A DNA stretch of 16,837 bases from Gemmatimonadota bacterium (lineage in GTDB: Bacteria; Gemmatimonadota; Gemmatimonadetes; Gemmatimonadales; GWC2-71-9): positions 1-16,837 of the forward strand of contig JAZDCY010000043.1 in NCBI GenBank assembly GCA_036679645.1. The letters are read 5' to 3'. Shown here in pieces: positions 15,660 to 16,837 of the stretch. Each line of letters begins with the position of its first letter. The first letter of the stretch is position 1. The notes beneath the pieces were generated by a model that had not been told where the DNA came from, did no database searches, and was given only the letters and a program-made list of their open reading frames with translations. The position numbers and the translations under genes are program-made.

Positions 15660-16700
15660 CACCATCAGCGCCCTCTTTGACGTGGGCGGCTCGGGCTCGG
15701 CGGCTCGCGGTGTCTCTCCACGGGGACGCTCTCCGACGAGCTGCGGCGCAACGTGGCGGCCACCGTCCGCACTCCGGAGACCGGTCGCCCGGACGCGGCC
15801 CGCCCGTCGGGCGGATCGGCGCTCGAGGGCGCCGTCACGATCGTGCCGGACGAACTGACCAACGCGTTGCTCGTGCGCTCGAGCCGGGAGGACTACCAGG
15901 TGATCGCCGCCGCGGTGGAGCAGCTCGATTTGCGCCCGCTGCAGGTGCTGATCCAGGTGTTGATCGTGGAGGCACGGCGCGATCGGTTGTTCGCGCTGGG
16001 CGTGGACGCCGAGGTGACCGATGTGTCGCTCGACGAGGGGGACGGTACGGCAGACGCGTCGCTGCTGGCCGCCGGCTTGGGCAACCTCGTGATCCGCGTC
16101 ATGCGGCTCGGATCCTTCGACCTCGACGCGTTGCTCCGTCTGGCCGTGTCGCGCGGGGATGCGCGGATCGTGGCCCGGCCGCTCCTGATCGCGCGGATCC
16201 TCGTCGGGAGCCAGCGGCCTTTCGTGCAGGTGAGCCGCAGCTTGCCCACGGACACGCCGACGCGCGACCAGGTGGTGCAATACAAGGACGTGGGGACCAA
16301 GCTGACAGTGCTGCCCACGATCAACGCCGACGGGTACGTCTCGCTCCTGATCCGGCAGGAGGTCAACAGCGCAACCAACGAGACACAGTTCGATGCACCG
16401 ATCATCTCGACGCGTGAAGTCGAGACCGAGGTATTGGTGCGCGACGGGCAGACGATCGTGCTCGGCGGGTTACGCGAGCGGCAGCACGAGGTGACGCACA
16501 CCGGCATTCCGTTCTTGTCCAGCTTGCCGCTGATCGGCGGACTGTTCGGCTCGCAGGAGCGACGCACCACGGAGACGGAACTGTTCCTGTTCATCACGCC
16601 GATGATCCTGGCCGACGACGCCGCGGCCGACACGGCGACGTCCGCCGCCCTCGAGCACGCGAAGCGCGCCGGCCTGCGGCGGGAAGACCATCAGCCGTGA
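15577..16700 (+). pseudogene. gspD: Second secretin gspD copy: 5'-truncated (no signal peptide or N0), frameshifted, with an 18-bp deletion
   Basis: Colinear with gspD-1 from PSRPAGSE onward. Frameshift in GTCTCTCC (~15712-15719). RPLLIA-RILVG lacks the SNNREA present in copy 1 (junction ~16193). The rest of the secretin core is open to the stop at 16700. Confidence 0.88.
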
Positions 16701-16837
16701 GCCGCCGCGTCGAGCCCCTCCCAGGGATGATCGGCTGGCACCCTTCCATGCTCGAGGTCGCCCGTCGCGTCCGGGCCGCTGCGCGCAGCGACGTGCCGGT
16801 GACGGTCATAGGCGAATCGGGCACCGGGAAAGAGCTG
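16697..16837 (+). CDS. Second sensor-less sigma54 enhancer-binding protein, 3'-partial
   Basis: GTGA overlap with the gspD-2 stop; MSRRVEPLPGMIGWHPSMLEVARRVRAAARSDVPVTVIGESGTGKEL, paralogous to 8416-9357. Confidence 0.88.
   Translation, partial: MSRRVEPLPGMIGWHPSMLEVARRVRAAARSDVPVTVIGESGTGKEL

Noticed and set aside
15074..15680. ORFs 15074-15532 (-), 15090-15680 (+) and 15446-16417 (+)
   Set aside because: They cross intergenic, terminator and pseudogene sequence and lack motifs; they are probably spurious.
1..16837. CRISPR array, tRNA/rRNA, integrase or transposase
   Set aside because: No regularly spaced repeats, RNA-gene signatures or recombinase motifs were seen. The Rhs YD repeats are protein-level and degenerate.

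Overview
This is a GC-rich bacterial window, possibly Gemmatimonadota/FCB group (inferred from protein style only). Bases 1-8419 hold a tightly coupled type II secretion (T2SS) operon: gspE (5'-partial)-G-F-H-I-J-K-L-M-C-like-D. It carries several lesions: an in-frame deletion in gspE, a lost gspG stop/gspF start, and frameshifts in gspF and gspL. Translationally coupled to gspD is a sensor-less sigma54 enhancer-binding protein. After it come an IHF-like site and a correctly spaced sigma54 -24/-12 promoter in front of a 1440-aa Rhs/YD-repeat protein. That protein has a Sec signal peptide and a JAB/MPN-like (E..HxH..SxxD) C-terminal domain, and is followed by a coupled lipoprotein (candidate immunity) and a small 2-TM protein. 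After an XRE-regulator relic and two terminators, the module restarts with a truncated, decayed second gspD and a second sigma54 activator that runs off the window. An 83-bp near-identical direct repeat inside the two gspD copies brackets the ~8.3-kb activator-Rhs cassette. The most interesting hypothesis is a dedicated T2SS-linked, sigma54-controlled Rhs toxin/immunity system whose cargo cassettes are exchanged by recombination in the secretin gene.
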